Below, piece by piece: positions 25,037-37,253 of a stretch of DNA of 64,000 nucleotides. The translations under genes and the position numbers were made by a program. Origin of the DNA: Trichodelitschia bisporula (lineage: Eukaryota); contig ML996696.1 in assembly GCA_010356995.1 (NCBI GenBank), positions 560,364-624,363 on the forward strand, in the 5' to 3' direction. The notes beneath the pieces are model-generated. The model searched no databases and had not been told where the DNA came from. It saw nothing but the letters and a program-made list of their open reading frames with translations. Within the stretch, counting starts at the first letter, position 1; each line of letters begins with the position of its first letter.

Positions 25037-26726
25037 CTACGACTGATGAGGCGCAGGGCCGCCTCGTCCCCTCTGATTGCCGCCGAAACCGTTCTGCCGA
25101 GATTGATAGCCTGGAAGTGGCTGGTTAGGGTCTTGTTGCTGCCTTGGCCGCGGAGGACCTTGGAAAGCGTTACCTCCCCGGCCGCGGTAAGGCGTCCGTT
25201 GGTTCGGCTGATAGGTTGTGTTGGCGGAAGTTGCGTCAGTCTGGCCGTGAGGGGCCCTCCCGCGGCCAGCTTGCGCACCACCCTGCGGTCCGGAGGCACG
25301 AGGAGGGCCACTAGAGATAGGACGAGGGATCGTCCCCGGGGTATCATAGACATAGAGCTTCTTCTCGATGACGCTGGGGATAGGCTGGATCTCCGTCCCC
25401 AGTTCCTGCTCAATCTTGTAGAGGTTGTAGCGATCCTCCCAATTGATCAGATTGATAGCAAGACCAAGATGCCCAAATCGCCCAGATCGGCCAATGCGAT
25501 GAAGATATGTTTCCGCATTTTTCGGAAAGTCAAAGTTGATGACAACATTGACCGCTTGGATATCGATGCCACGGGTGAGCAGATCGGAGCATACAAGGTT
25601 ACGACAAACACCATTCCGGAAGTCGTGAAAGACTCGGTTGCGATGAGCCTGCACCATGCGGGCATGCGAGTAAAAGCAGGAGTATCCCAACTCCGTGATC
25701 TTTTTAGCCAACAACTCAACGCGATTCGTGGAATTGCAGAAGATGATGGACTGATTGATTTGGAGCTTGTTGAACAGAGTGTTCAGGCAGTGGACCTTTT
25801 GCTTTTCCTCGACGAAGGCGTAATACTGGGTGATTCCACGGAGGGTAAGCTCATCCATTAAATTGATCTCGTAGGGATCTTTCATGTGCTTCTCCTGGAA
25901 ATCTTTGACAATGATGGGGAAGGTGGCGCTGAACAACATGACTTGACGATCCTTGGGGTGAAACGCCAGCAATTGTTCGATAACAGGTGTGAACTCAGGC
26001 GAAAGGAGCTTGTCGGCCTCATCCATGACAAAGGTTTGACATGATGAAAGGTCGGCGACCTGCTTGCTCGCGAGATCAAGGATACGACCAGGCGTCCCGA
26101 CGAGAATATGAACCGAGTTATTCAACCGGATGATGTCCTCGCGAAGTCCCGTCCCACCAGTGCTAACCATGACATTGACGCCGAGATGCTTCCCAAGCGT
26201 CTTGCAGACCTGGGAGGTTTGAAGCGCCAACTCGCGAGTCGGTACGAGGATGAGGGCTTGGATTTTGTTTTCCTTTGGGTTGACGCGGTGAAGCGTGGGA
26301 ATGATGTATGCAGCAGTCTTACCGGTACCATTCTTCGCCCGCGCAAGAACATCACGGCCTGTTAACGCAACAGGGATAGCATCTTCTTGAATGGGCGAAG
26401 GTTTCTCGAACCCAGCCTCGAAAATTCCCATGAGGAGAGGGCGTGAGAGGTAAAATTCCTCCCACTCCAAGCCTTTAGTTTTCGTAACATCCTGCACGCC
26501 AGTCAACGATAATCCGGAATGCTATTCCAGAAAGTAATCCATACTTCAGTCTGCGGCCTCAAGTCGCGTTGAGGTTGTCTCGCTTCAGGGTATTTCGAAG
26601 CCGGCGTCGTCGACGAGGGGTTGGCTCCATCACTGCAAGTCTGTTAGCAACTAGTCGACAAGACATAAACTATGGGGGAAATTACAGCTGAACCGCTTGT
26701 AGAGCGTTCGCAAGTTCTGAAGTCAT
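25037..26726 (-). CDS. DHH1: DEAD-box RNA helicase Dhh1/DDX6
   Basis: Motifs [35 protein letters not shown] and [12 protein letters not shown], plus an RG/Q-rich tail. Two 5' introns give [14 protein letters not shown]...[11 protein letters not shown]. Confidence 0.96.
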
Positions 26727-27718
26727 CGTTCCGTCTTCCAATGTGAAATGTGTGCGGAAGAGTTAATTGGGCTAGTGACGTGGTATGGCCGCCGTTGTGG
26801 GGTGGTTCGGTTCACTGATGTAGGTGGCCGTGAGGATATCAACAAAGTTTTGGTTGGAAGGGCTTCGACGATATCGAGTTGCTAAGCCTTGAGGAGTTCG
26901 GTTCCAAAGGAAGTTGCGACAGTGGTTAAGGTAAGGCGTAGCGGACAGTTTTCGGCAGCGGGTGGGGAGATGGCGGTGGGCGTGGTGTACGGGGGAATGC
27001 AGTGGTAGCGAGGCGTGTTTGTCGGAGGAGAAGTGTCAACGTGCGAGCGGTGCCCTTTTAGACGATTGTAGAGCCTTGTTCAAGCGGATTGCAAATTTGG
27101 AATGGTTGAGGGAGAAGAGTTTTGGTGGGGTGGGGGGGTGGGTGTTGCGAATATTGTGTTGGTTGAGTTGTCGCGCAGTGGGTAGAGGCAGAGGGTTCGG
27201 TTCGAGTGCCGTCAACTTTCAACAGTCAACCATGGGGGGTGAAAGAGAAGGTAAAGGAAATTACGCCGAGTCGTGGCTGCTGCTTCAACACCTGCCTTTT
27301 GGTGGCCGTGACTGCTGCTCTATTCAAGGTGCTCGGACCTTCTGGTGACTCGTGCCCTCAAACGTGCTGCGCCACATGGCCAAGTATGGCTGGTTCGTGA
27401 CATTATTGTGAACGACCACCACATGAACCACCAACAACCCGTCGCATCACCAAACATACACCACCTCTTTTCCCTTTCCCTTTTTCTCTTGAGTGCCATA
27501 AGCCGTACTCCGAACATCGATAACCCAAGACCATTGTGCTGGAGATTTGGACTTCTCTTAATGAAGTACATCCGTAGATGATCCAACTCACATCACTCAT
27601 TGCTTTGCGCATCGCGAAACGTAACTGTACGCCCATAGTATGCATTCAGCCTCCTCCCAAAGCTATTTAATCATAGCGAACTGACAATTCACCATATTCC
27701 CATTCTCTCATCGCCAAA

Positions 27719-28510
27719 ATGAACGCTCTCTTTCGCCGCCTAGCGCCCCGGCCAAAATCCAGCCTTCCGCCTGCATTCTTCAGATCACCATACCCTGGCG
27801 CACCCCCCATGACACGTGCCATCATCCAACGCCTCACTACTCCCCGCCGCTCTTTTACGGCCAGCCCTTACAACTCCGCCCGTGAAGCCCAATGCTCAAG
27901 ATTCATCATCGGCTTCATCGGCCTCAACGCCGCCGTCTGGGCCGCCTGGCAGTACGCAAAGACCCGAGACAGTGACGGCAAGCCCAGAAGAGGCCTGCTC
28001 AACTTCATGGGCGCCAACTTCTTGCTCTCATGGCCCGCAGTCTTCCACGGCAACATCTGGGTCATGCTGACCTCGGCTGTGTCACACTACGATGCCATGC
28101 ACTTCCTCGCTAACATGCTCGCTTTCTTCACGCTTACCTCCGGACTCGCCTCCCATCCCCTCTTCACCGTCACCCGCCTGGTGCAGCTTACCATCGGTGC
28201 AGCTGTGTCCGGTTCGACTGCCTTTTTGCTTAATCACAGCACCGGCCCCTCTAGGAACCGCCGTGGTCTGGGAGCGAGCGCTATAGTCTCAGGCATAACG
28301 ACCACACTCGCCTTTGTCGCGCCTAGGGCGACGGTGAATCTCTTCGGCATCATTCCCATGCCCATGTGGTTCTTTGGCCTGGCGACCATCCTCTACGATA
28401 CCTACTTTATGGGCTCGACCTCGAGCATGATCGGCCATGACGCGCATCTGGGAGGCGCCGCATTTGGCTACTTGTTCTACGTGCTCAAACTTCGGCGGGG
28501 GCGTTTTTAG
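27719..28510 (+). CDS. Rhomboid intramembrane serine protease, probably mitochondrial (Pcp1/PARL-like)
   Basis: Arg-rich, acid-poor N-terminus. Motifs TSAVSH..MHFLANM, catalytic GLGAS and GHDAHLGGA. Confidence 0.88.
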   Translation: MNALFRRLAPRPKSSLPPAFFRSPYPGAPPMTRAIIQRLTTPRRSFTASPYNSAREAQCSRFIIGFIGLNAAVWAAWQYAKTRDSDGKPRRGLLNFMGANFLLSWPAVFHGNIWVMLTSAVSHYDAMHFLANMLAFFTLTSGLASHPLFTVTRLVQLTIGAAVSGSTAFLLNHSTGPSRNRRGLGASAIVSGITTTLAFVAPRATVNLFGIIPMPMWFFGLATILYDTYFMGSTSSMIGHDAHLGGAAFGYLFYVLKLRRGRF

Positions 28511-28627
28511 CATAGCAAGAACGCAAATGGCAGGTAAACCCTAGCCGCAAACCAAAATCAAAAGCTATATCACGGTATCAGGCCCGGCAAACGCATCCCA
28601 TTAGCTACTAACCCCCCCATTTCATCC

Positions 28628-31600
28628 TTACGGTGTCTCCCCATCCTCGCGCAAATCCCTCAGCAACCCCTCCACAAACGCCGCCCCATCAGCCACCGCA
28701 CCCCCATACGTAGCCTCAAACGCCAATATACCCAACTGGCCGAAAAACGGGCGAAGTACACGAGTGGCAAGCTCCTCCTTCGGCAACGCCCTGACGTCAA
28801 CGCCCTGCCCCACAAGCCCCTCAATCAGCCCATCAAGCAGTGGCCGCCTCCCCTCTTCCGCCGCCTGCGTACTTTGCAGTGCAACCGGCGTCGCCACAGC
28901 GCCCCCTGCATTGCCCAATGCTTCCGCGACCTCGTCGACCAGCGCCGTGGGCATCCAGTCTGGCGGGCGGTACACGGCGTCAATGGTGTCGGGCACGAAG
29001 AGCCACTCGTGTAGCTGGAAATCGTCGGGGTCGAGCATGACGAGGGCGTCTAGCAACTTGGCGGCCTGGAGCACGGACGCCGCGTTGAACTTCTCAGCCT
29101 CTGGGCTTTCGGGAAGGACGGAGACGATGGCGGTTTGCAGCTCGGTGTTCATGAGTGGCCAGAGGGGTGCGAGGTGCACGGACGACGTGCGAAGGACGAG
29201 GGCGCGGAGCACCATGTAGGCGTCGGCGCGGGTGGCGGAGGAGGGGGAGGTGGTTGGCGTTGCGGTGAAAAGTTCGACGAGTTTCTCTTCTAATGTGCCT
29301 ATGTTGGGAACGAAGGTATCGGGAGCGCTGGAGAGGATTAGTAACGCTATTCGTCGGAGGTTGAGCTGCATTTTGCGGTCGGCTTCCATGCGTGCCGATG
29401 TTGCGCCTACGCCGAAGACGATGCCTGCGGTTGTGGGTGCGGCAAGGCGGCCGAGGAGCTCGGGCATGCGCTCTTTGTCATTGATAGTGAATTGTTGAAG
29501 GATAGGCATCCAGTGCTTGAGGAGTAGTTGGTGTGACATGGTGAAAAACTTTGTATCGTTAAGCGCATCGGATACGTCCTTGCGCCAAAACTTAGAGCCT
29601 TGTGAAAACTTGGTCAGCTGGAAGAGGAGGTTTAGGAAGCTGGCGTCCATGTTGCTCGGGAAGGCTTTGGCACGGATGGTGGGTGCGATTACGTTGGTGG
29701 ATATATTGCTTATTGCGGTGCTGACACGTTCATTGTCGACCAGGATGAGCTGGAATTTGGGGACGACTGTAGCTAGGATGGAGATGAAGTCTCGTGGACC
29801 ATCGGAGACTCTGGACTGGCCGTTCGTTGTGTGGCGAACTTTCCCACCGGATTTGGCCTGCGCTGGCTCCTGCAAAAAGCCCATAGGACGAGTGGTGAAG
29901 GCCGCGGTAAGCAGACGCAAAAATAAGTCCTATAAATGTCAGAAAAAGTATTGCGACCCTCGAGAGCAAGCTTACTGCAAGTTCACGTCTCATCCGCCGC
30001 TGTTCTCCAAAGTTGGTGTTGTCGACCTTTTGCGCGACCAATGCCACAAACTCTAGAAGCATTGGCAGTATCTGGCTATGGGGGAGAGGGTTTGCAAGAA
30101 TGTCCTTCAGAAAGGCTATGCAGTCCGTCCAGATTTCATCCATAGCATCATCTTCAATAGAGTCCATGTAACTCACAAGGAAGGTGACGAGATCGACATC
30201 GGAAAGCTCAGATGTCAAACTGGACATACGAGCCGGGTCCAACGCCGACGGGTTAGTTCGACTGTATACAGCATTGAATACCGCTGGCAGCGTATGCTTC
30301 GGCCTCGAGCCATTGAGTACATTCAACAGACCCATAACGGATTCGGGCTGGAACTCGGATGAGGGAGCACGACACCAAAGGGCAGCCAACGTCTCCAAGC
30401 ATTCCAGGGCTTCCGCCGCAAAGAGATGTTCGAGGAGCCTGCGAGCACGGTTACGCATACGGAGGGACGTGTAGCCGAAGGAAGCTGCCGATGACGAATC
30501 CTGCTTGTCGCTGCCCTGGCCGTAGACGCCCCATGACCATACGGCGAAGCAGGTCCGAACAGTGTCCTGGAAACAGAGAAGCACCGCCAGGCGATTGTTC
30601 GCTGTAGCGCTCCGGACAGGCTGCTGCGATTCTGTAGCAAAGACCCCTTGAACCATGTTCCCGAAGAAGCCTTGAGGCTGGTCCGGACCTTTGGGATTTG
30701 AACTCCTGACTTCTTCCGTTGTGAGGTGATCATGGGCTCTCGCAAGAATGTGCTCTAAGCCATTCAATAAGCTGATCATGGTGGGTTCCGGAGATGTTGG
30801 CTTTTGGGGTTGGGGGTAAAGGAAGGTGGCTTTCAATTCCTCCAAGACCAGTTTTATTTGTGAGCAGAAGCACTCTACCAGAGGGATGAGGTTTTGGAAG
30901 ATTGTGTCAGCAAAAAGAGGCAGCGCTTCAATGAGAAGCGCAACCCAGCTGTCAAGGATGACGCGGCTTGAAGGGGATGTAAACCCGGCCTTGAGGCAGT
31001 CAACAAGCTTGCCGGACAGTGCAGCCTTCGGAGGTGGCGGAAGTTCGAGTTTCTCCTTGGAACCCAAGATCCGCGGTGATATGGGGTTCAAGTCTCGTGA
31101 GAATTTACGCTGATGCGGCTTTTGAGACAGGGAGCCATGGAACCGCAGCTTTAATGCGGCCGTGATAGTCTCCAAGAGCTGCGTCTGCAAGAGGCCGCCC
31201 ATTGTACCCAAATCCGCGTGCAATCTGTCAAGGAGCAATTCGTCCAAATCCATGTCTTTCAGCGCCGCCGAATAGGGGTTGTGTATCACCAGCAGAATCG
31301 TCGCGAGGGAAACCAAGTGAAGCTCGATGATGTGCGAAGCATCCAAACCTTCTGCCGTGACGTCGAGCCCGCGCATGCCGAGTTGGGCTAGGAATGTTTG
31401 AAGAGTAACCGGGTCTGCATCGTTGTTTCCCTCTTGTCCCAGGGGGGCAACAGGCTCCCCAGAGAGCGTGAGCCAGGTGTGTTCAGATGCGTATTTGAGA
31501 AGGTTGTGCAGATGCCTCATATAATAAAGGCACTCTTGAGTATCATCAATGCGGGGAAGCTCAGATGTCATACCATTGTCGCCTTTGGCCGAAGGTCGAG

Positions 31601-34363
31601 CCGCATTCTGAATGCATTTCAAGGAAGCCAGGTTTTCAATGACGATATCGAGTACCTTGCCCAATCCAGGAAGTTCCTGTACCCACGTTTTGACAAAAGC
31701 ATGAAGTTCTGTGCCTTCCTCACGGAGGCTATCGAGCAACAAGAGCAAAGGTCTCGAAAGCACAGCGGATGGATCCCCGATGGCACTTGGCATCAAGCTT
31801 GCCCCGCTGGCTTTCCTGCTCCCTTTTTGGACCTTGTCCGCTTGTAAGCTCCGGTCCTGGATGGAATGGGTCCACAAAACTGCAAAGCGGCGACCGGTAT
31901 CGGCCGGTGAGATCGACGGAGACGATATGATAAGGGAAGATATGGACGCTTCCACACATCTCGGCAATGACGGTATTGCTTCCAGTTGCCAGATACACCG
32001 TACAGCTTCAACATGATATTTGGGCTGTAGTGGAGAGAGATAGTCCCAAAGCTTTGCAATCAAGGCGCTTTGAAGGCTCAAAACATCTTCTAGCTTCAAA
32101 TACTGCTTCTGGGAACTGGACTGCAATCCGACGAGAACCGAGGTTATTGCTGACAGGACCACAAAGCCGGATGGATCGGTAGCGGACTCGGCTTCCTGCT
32201 CCACTGCATTCTGGAAGGCGGACAAAACATCAACCGACTGTAAGGCTTGCGAAACATCGGGTATCGTCTGCAACAGCCCGGCCAGGACGCGAGCACACGT
32301 TTCCAAAGTCTGAGAGTTTCGGGATGAAACGGACTGGATAAAGAAGACCAGCGTCTGCCGAAAGAGCAAAGTGCCGAGCTGTATAGGGGCCAGTGGCGGT
32401 GAAGACTCAATCCCGGCGCCCTGGTCACAATAATGTTGATCGATAAGCCTTATTATCTCATCATGTCCTGTCGCATCTGTGATAAAAGACACACGGCTCC
32501 CAGATGTGGCTTTGTGCGTCTCGACGAAGGCGCGTTCGGGGATGAGGTTGGCCAGCTTTTCTAGGATGTCCAATGCAGGGGGCTTCAGCTGTTCGAACAG
32601 TGCATTGGAGCTGGCTCTGGGAGACCGTTGCCTATTCAGACGGAGAATCAGAGTGAGAGAGACAAGAGGGATGTGGTGGAGTATCATCTCCTCTTCACGG
32701 AGGTTGAATCGCTGTATCATGAAGCAGCACAGTTCAAGATTGCGGAGTCTTTCAGCAAGAGGTAAAGGTCGTAAAGGTCCCGGCTCCAAGGCGAGTTCGA
32801 GAAGTTCCAGGAACTTTTCCCAGATGAGGCTGCTTTCTACTCCATCGAAAAAGACACTGACACTTTTGATGACTTCTTCACTCTCCATCTTTCCAGCGGA
32901 CTTGCTGAATGTGAAGGCGCTACTCATCGCGGGAATGAAGATGACCGGGGTAATTAAGCCACCGACTTCCCACCTGTCCATCAAGGAGAGGCAGATGCGG
33001 AATGGCCGAGCCCGATCAGCTGCGACGGTTGTCGGGCGCTTGATCATTGCCAGAAGGCTCCGAGACAGCGGTTCAAGGCCGTTTTTGGCAAAATATCTCG
33101 ACTGAACAGTTGCTGCGTCTGCGCCGGGCGACTTCTGTCCGGATTCCAGGCCATCAGCCTCGCTCTTCGGTTCGGGCCCGAGCAGCCAGGCCCATAGTCG
33201 TCGGTTCAGACTCATATCACGCCTATAGACGACCCCAACAGCAGCGAAGATAAGGCGTTCAAGATCTGCTTTGGATGCGGCAAATTGCATGACAGCACAG
33301 CCGAGAGGTATGTTTGAGACCAAAAGGTCAAGAAAGCCCCTTTGCACGAGGAGTTGGTTGTCATTTAACCCCGCGCCCAAACAGCGGATCAGAAGACCGG
33401 GCTCCGGAGTTATCACCGCTCTGGCCGACGCAGGCAGTGCCTTGATGGTCGCTTCGTTCACTGAAACCGCTTCGGTCGCTCTGGCCACTTGCTGATCGGC
33501 AAACTTCGGTAAGTAGCGGACCAAGTACGCCAGAGCCCCTTGCCGGCGCGAGGAATTGGTGATAGTTGCCAGGAACAAGCACTGCCAGAAATAGGCATCC
33601 GTCGGTTCATCGAGCTCTGGGTCGGCATGGCTGGTTGCTGAGGCTTGCCGAAACTTATCGACAACCTGCAGGATCCGCTCGAAGTCTTCGCTGGTCTCAT
33701 CTTCCAGGCCGGGAAGCAGACACAGAATGATAGCTTTCAGGGCGGGGCGTAGCGAAGTAGCTTCTAGCGGGAGGATGTAGTTTTCAAGGAGGGTCAGGAA
33801 GTAGGGGCGCACGGAGAGTGATGCAAAGGATAGGACGGGAGAGAGCCCGGGAAAGTAGAGGTGGAAGTCTCGCGCGAGATTCTCCCTCTATAAAAAGGTC
33901 AGCCTGCCCTCGTCTACTGCCATATGTACGCACTCCAATTGTCGCGAACACATAGGTGTACACCTCGAGAGCTTTCTGGTGAACACCGGAAGGCAATGAC
34001 GGATTGAGACATTGCGCTAGGCGAGTGGCTACAACTTGACTATCCGGCACAATATGGCTATCCGGAGGTCGTCCTTGTAGTGCTTTGAGCAACCGTCCGA
34101 GGAAGGAGATGTAGTCCGCCCATTCTTGCTGAGCGGTGTCGAAGGATGAGAGCGCACGCTCTACTCCGGACGCATAGCGACGGAAAGCTTTGTCCTTAGG
34201 GACAGAGCCTATTGGAGTGGGCGTTAGCAAGTCTCCAATTCCGTTCTCAGGCAGCCTACGTACCGTCCTCTGGTGCATGTCGCGGGAGCCTGTAAACTGG
34301 AGATGCGCGCCCGGAGCTAAATGCTGGAGATGGGATGCGCCGGGCGCTAGGCTCAAGTGACAT
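28628..34363 (-). CDS. dopA: Dopey family protein (DopA/Dop1)
   Basis: Dopey_N motifs RALSSFD..QEWADYISFLGRLLKAL, RLAQCLNPSLPSGVHQKALEVY, LLPGLEDETSE and RRDMSLNRRLWAWLLGP. C-terminal QLNLRRIALLILS. First exon MSLEPSARRIPSP from 34363. Three introns. Confidence 0.93.
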
Positions 34364-34883
34364 CGTCGTTCATCCGGGTGGGGAAGTGCGGAGGTTGAGG
34401 GGGAGTAGCGCGAAACGTGGTGAAAGGCGTTCAGTTGGGGGAGGTACAAGGCGCGTCGTTCTGTGCTGAAATCTGGCAGCTTCACCCAGCAGTCGAAGCT
34501 CACATGCCGGAGTGCCCAGGCGAACAGTCCAACAGCTTGTCACTAATAGTCAGCGGGGGTACTGCCTAAAGCTTCTAGAGGTTGTGCCTATTTCTAGCGG
34601 CGCATCCCCTAAAAGATACTCCGATGGACCACAGGCAGGTCGTTTGTATCTGCTGATGCCTTATCGCCGCCTTAACTGTCCTCAACCCCATGCCCCGCGA
34701 CGGGGATGATGGGCGCTTCTTCATGCGTGACGTGCAGTACAATGGACTGCCGCCGTCAAAGTTAAATCGGCACTGGGTTCCACTGCACAATCTCTAGTTA
34801 CTTCACACTGCTCGCTTCCCCGGCCTCGGCATCAGCGATGCCTTCTACATTGCTCGGAATTACGATCAGAATAGCGGTCTTCA

Positions 34884-36960
34884 ATGGCCACCAAAGGAGC
34901 TAACGGACAGGCCCCAAAACCGACTCCTTCACGTCAAGAGCCAGACGAATCTCAGAGTACAGACTCCACTCTACCCGTGGGCAGCGAGCACTCACAAGAT
35001 GGTTCTCCTGGGCATAATCCGGGCGACAGGTCTCCCAGCGACTCGCCCGACGAAGCCCCTCCTCCACTTCCCCCACGACCTAGAGCCCTCGATCTCGGCC
35101 CCTTCCAATATCCCTGCCCGACAGGACCGCACTCGGTAGCGCCGGGTACACCAAAGGCGCAGACTTCCTCTCGGCCACACTTGCAATCGAAGGCGACTAC
35201 GGCGCTATCGATAACCGATGTCCACACGCTGTCACATGGCAATGACGACCAACGCGACTCTCCTTCCGCTCGCCAAATCAACTTTCCCAATTTGGGGTTC
35301 TTAACAAACTGTGGGGCGAGCGACGGTGATGCCGATGACAATGCAAGTATTAGGAGCTCTGTGCCGGTTCTGGAGACGGGAGGCGACCTTGAGAGCATGC
35401 TAGGAGATATGTTACCGGAACAAGGAACTCCGTTCAAGTCTCTTGCGCAGGGCAAAGGCCTGTGGGACGAGAACCTGTTTCCTCTGGATCCGGAGTTCGA
35501 GGAGGCCTTTGGACAGGAGTTCGATGAGCTGGATGATATAACGTCTGACGGCTTCAACCAAGGTTCGTTTTGACATGGGTATGGATTCTCAGGTCTGACA
35601 TATCTCACAGAAGCCGTTGTGCAGCAATGGCGGTCCAAACTGAAGCACTTTCTCATCTTGTCGTCTGCTGGAAAGCCGATTTGGAGCAGACATGGCAATG
35701 ACCAGCTCATCACGAGCTACGTGGGTGTTATTCAAACTCTCATATCCTTCTACCAGGGTGCCTCCGACATGATTAAGAGCTTCTCAGCTGGAGAAGCCAG
35801 GTTCGTGGTCGTCAGCAAGGGCTTCATCAACCTAGTGGCCATCAGCAAGCTAGGAGAAAGTGACCAGCAACTCCGCGGGCAGCTGGAAGCCCTGTACATG
35901 CAAATTCTATCGACCCTTACGCTACCAGTAATGGAGCGCATGTTCAAAAACAGAGCTTCAATCGATTTGCGGAGACCGCTGCAAGGAACGGAGACCCTGC
36001 TGTCAGCGTTAGCAGATGGTTTCAGCCGCGGATCCCCTTCAACTCTTCTCTCGGCTCTAGAATGCCTCAAGCTACGCAAATCCCACCGCGCCATAATGAA
36101 CAACACCCTTCTCAAGACGCGCTCCGAGCATCTCCTCTACGGTCTGATAGTTGCCGGCGGCCGTCTAGTAAGCGTCATCCGGCCCCGCAAGCACTCCTTG
36201 CATCCCGGCGACCTGCACCTAATCTTCAACATGCTCTTCGAAGCCGGCTCGGTCCGCGCCGGCGAAGGCGAGAACTGGATCCCGCTCTGCCTCCCCGGGT
36301 TCAACAACACAGGCTACGTGTACATGTATGTCAGCTTCGTGAACCTGTCCAACCCGGGCGAGGCCCTGAAAGAGCGACCCCCCTCCTCGTCCAGTAATAG
36401 TGAAGGTGAAGTCGCAATCCTGCTCATCAGCGTCAATAAGGAGTCCTTCTTCGAACTCCGCCAGATGCGCGACGACCTCCTCGTCCAGTTCGCCAAAAAT
36501 GGCGCCCTCGACCTCATCCGCTCCGCTATCGCCCGCGGCCGTCCTACCTGCACCGACATCGTCCCCGGCACCGCTCTGCGCCATTTCTTATACAAATCCA
36601 GGGGTAATGTGCAGTTTGTCCAGCCGTCCTTCGAGCCTTACTTCGGGACACCACTTGCCCGTCGCCAGTACGTCACCTCTAGGGATCTTCTCTCTCCTTG
36701 CTAACGCCCGCCACAGACTCCTAACCCTCTACACCCATCTCCACGCTGCGCTCCACGCCCACCCTTCCCGCCCCAAGATCTACCACAGCACGACTGCGAC
36801 GCACATCGCCCTCGCGTGGATCACGCCCGTGTTCGAGCTGTACGCCATCGCGCCGGCGGGGACGCAGCGTGCGGCACTGGCGCAAGCGGCGAATCGACTG
36901 ATTCAGTATGTGCGACGGGAGGAGGAGCGAGTGTTTATCATTGGCGGGGCGGTGTTTTAG
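34884..36960 (+). CDS. MON1: Vacuolar fusion protein Mon1 (Mon1-Ccz1 Rab7 GEF subunit)
   Basis: Motifs [57 protein letters not shown] and the C-terminal [13 protein letters not shown]. Two introns. Confidence 0.94.
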
Positions 36961-37253
36961 ATATCCAGGCTGGCAATCGGTGACGGGTTTGTGGTGTACG
37001 GGAACTTTGCATTGTTTAGTGCCGAACCCACTGGTAGAACGGTACTGATGGCGAGGTAGATAGAACCGGGATTCCATGACTCTATTACCGAAGATACCCA
37101 TCCCAAGATATGATCCCAAGACTCATGGTAGCACATGTCGACCCAACTATCTACTACTACACAGCAATCATACAGTTCGACGAACCTCGCTAATCGTACA
37201 TCATAGCCATCCTGGACAACCCCATAAAGCACCCTATCCAGCAGCAATGCCCC

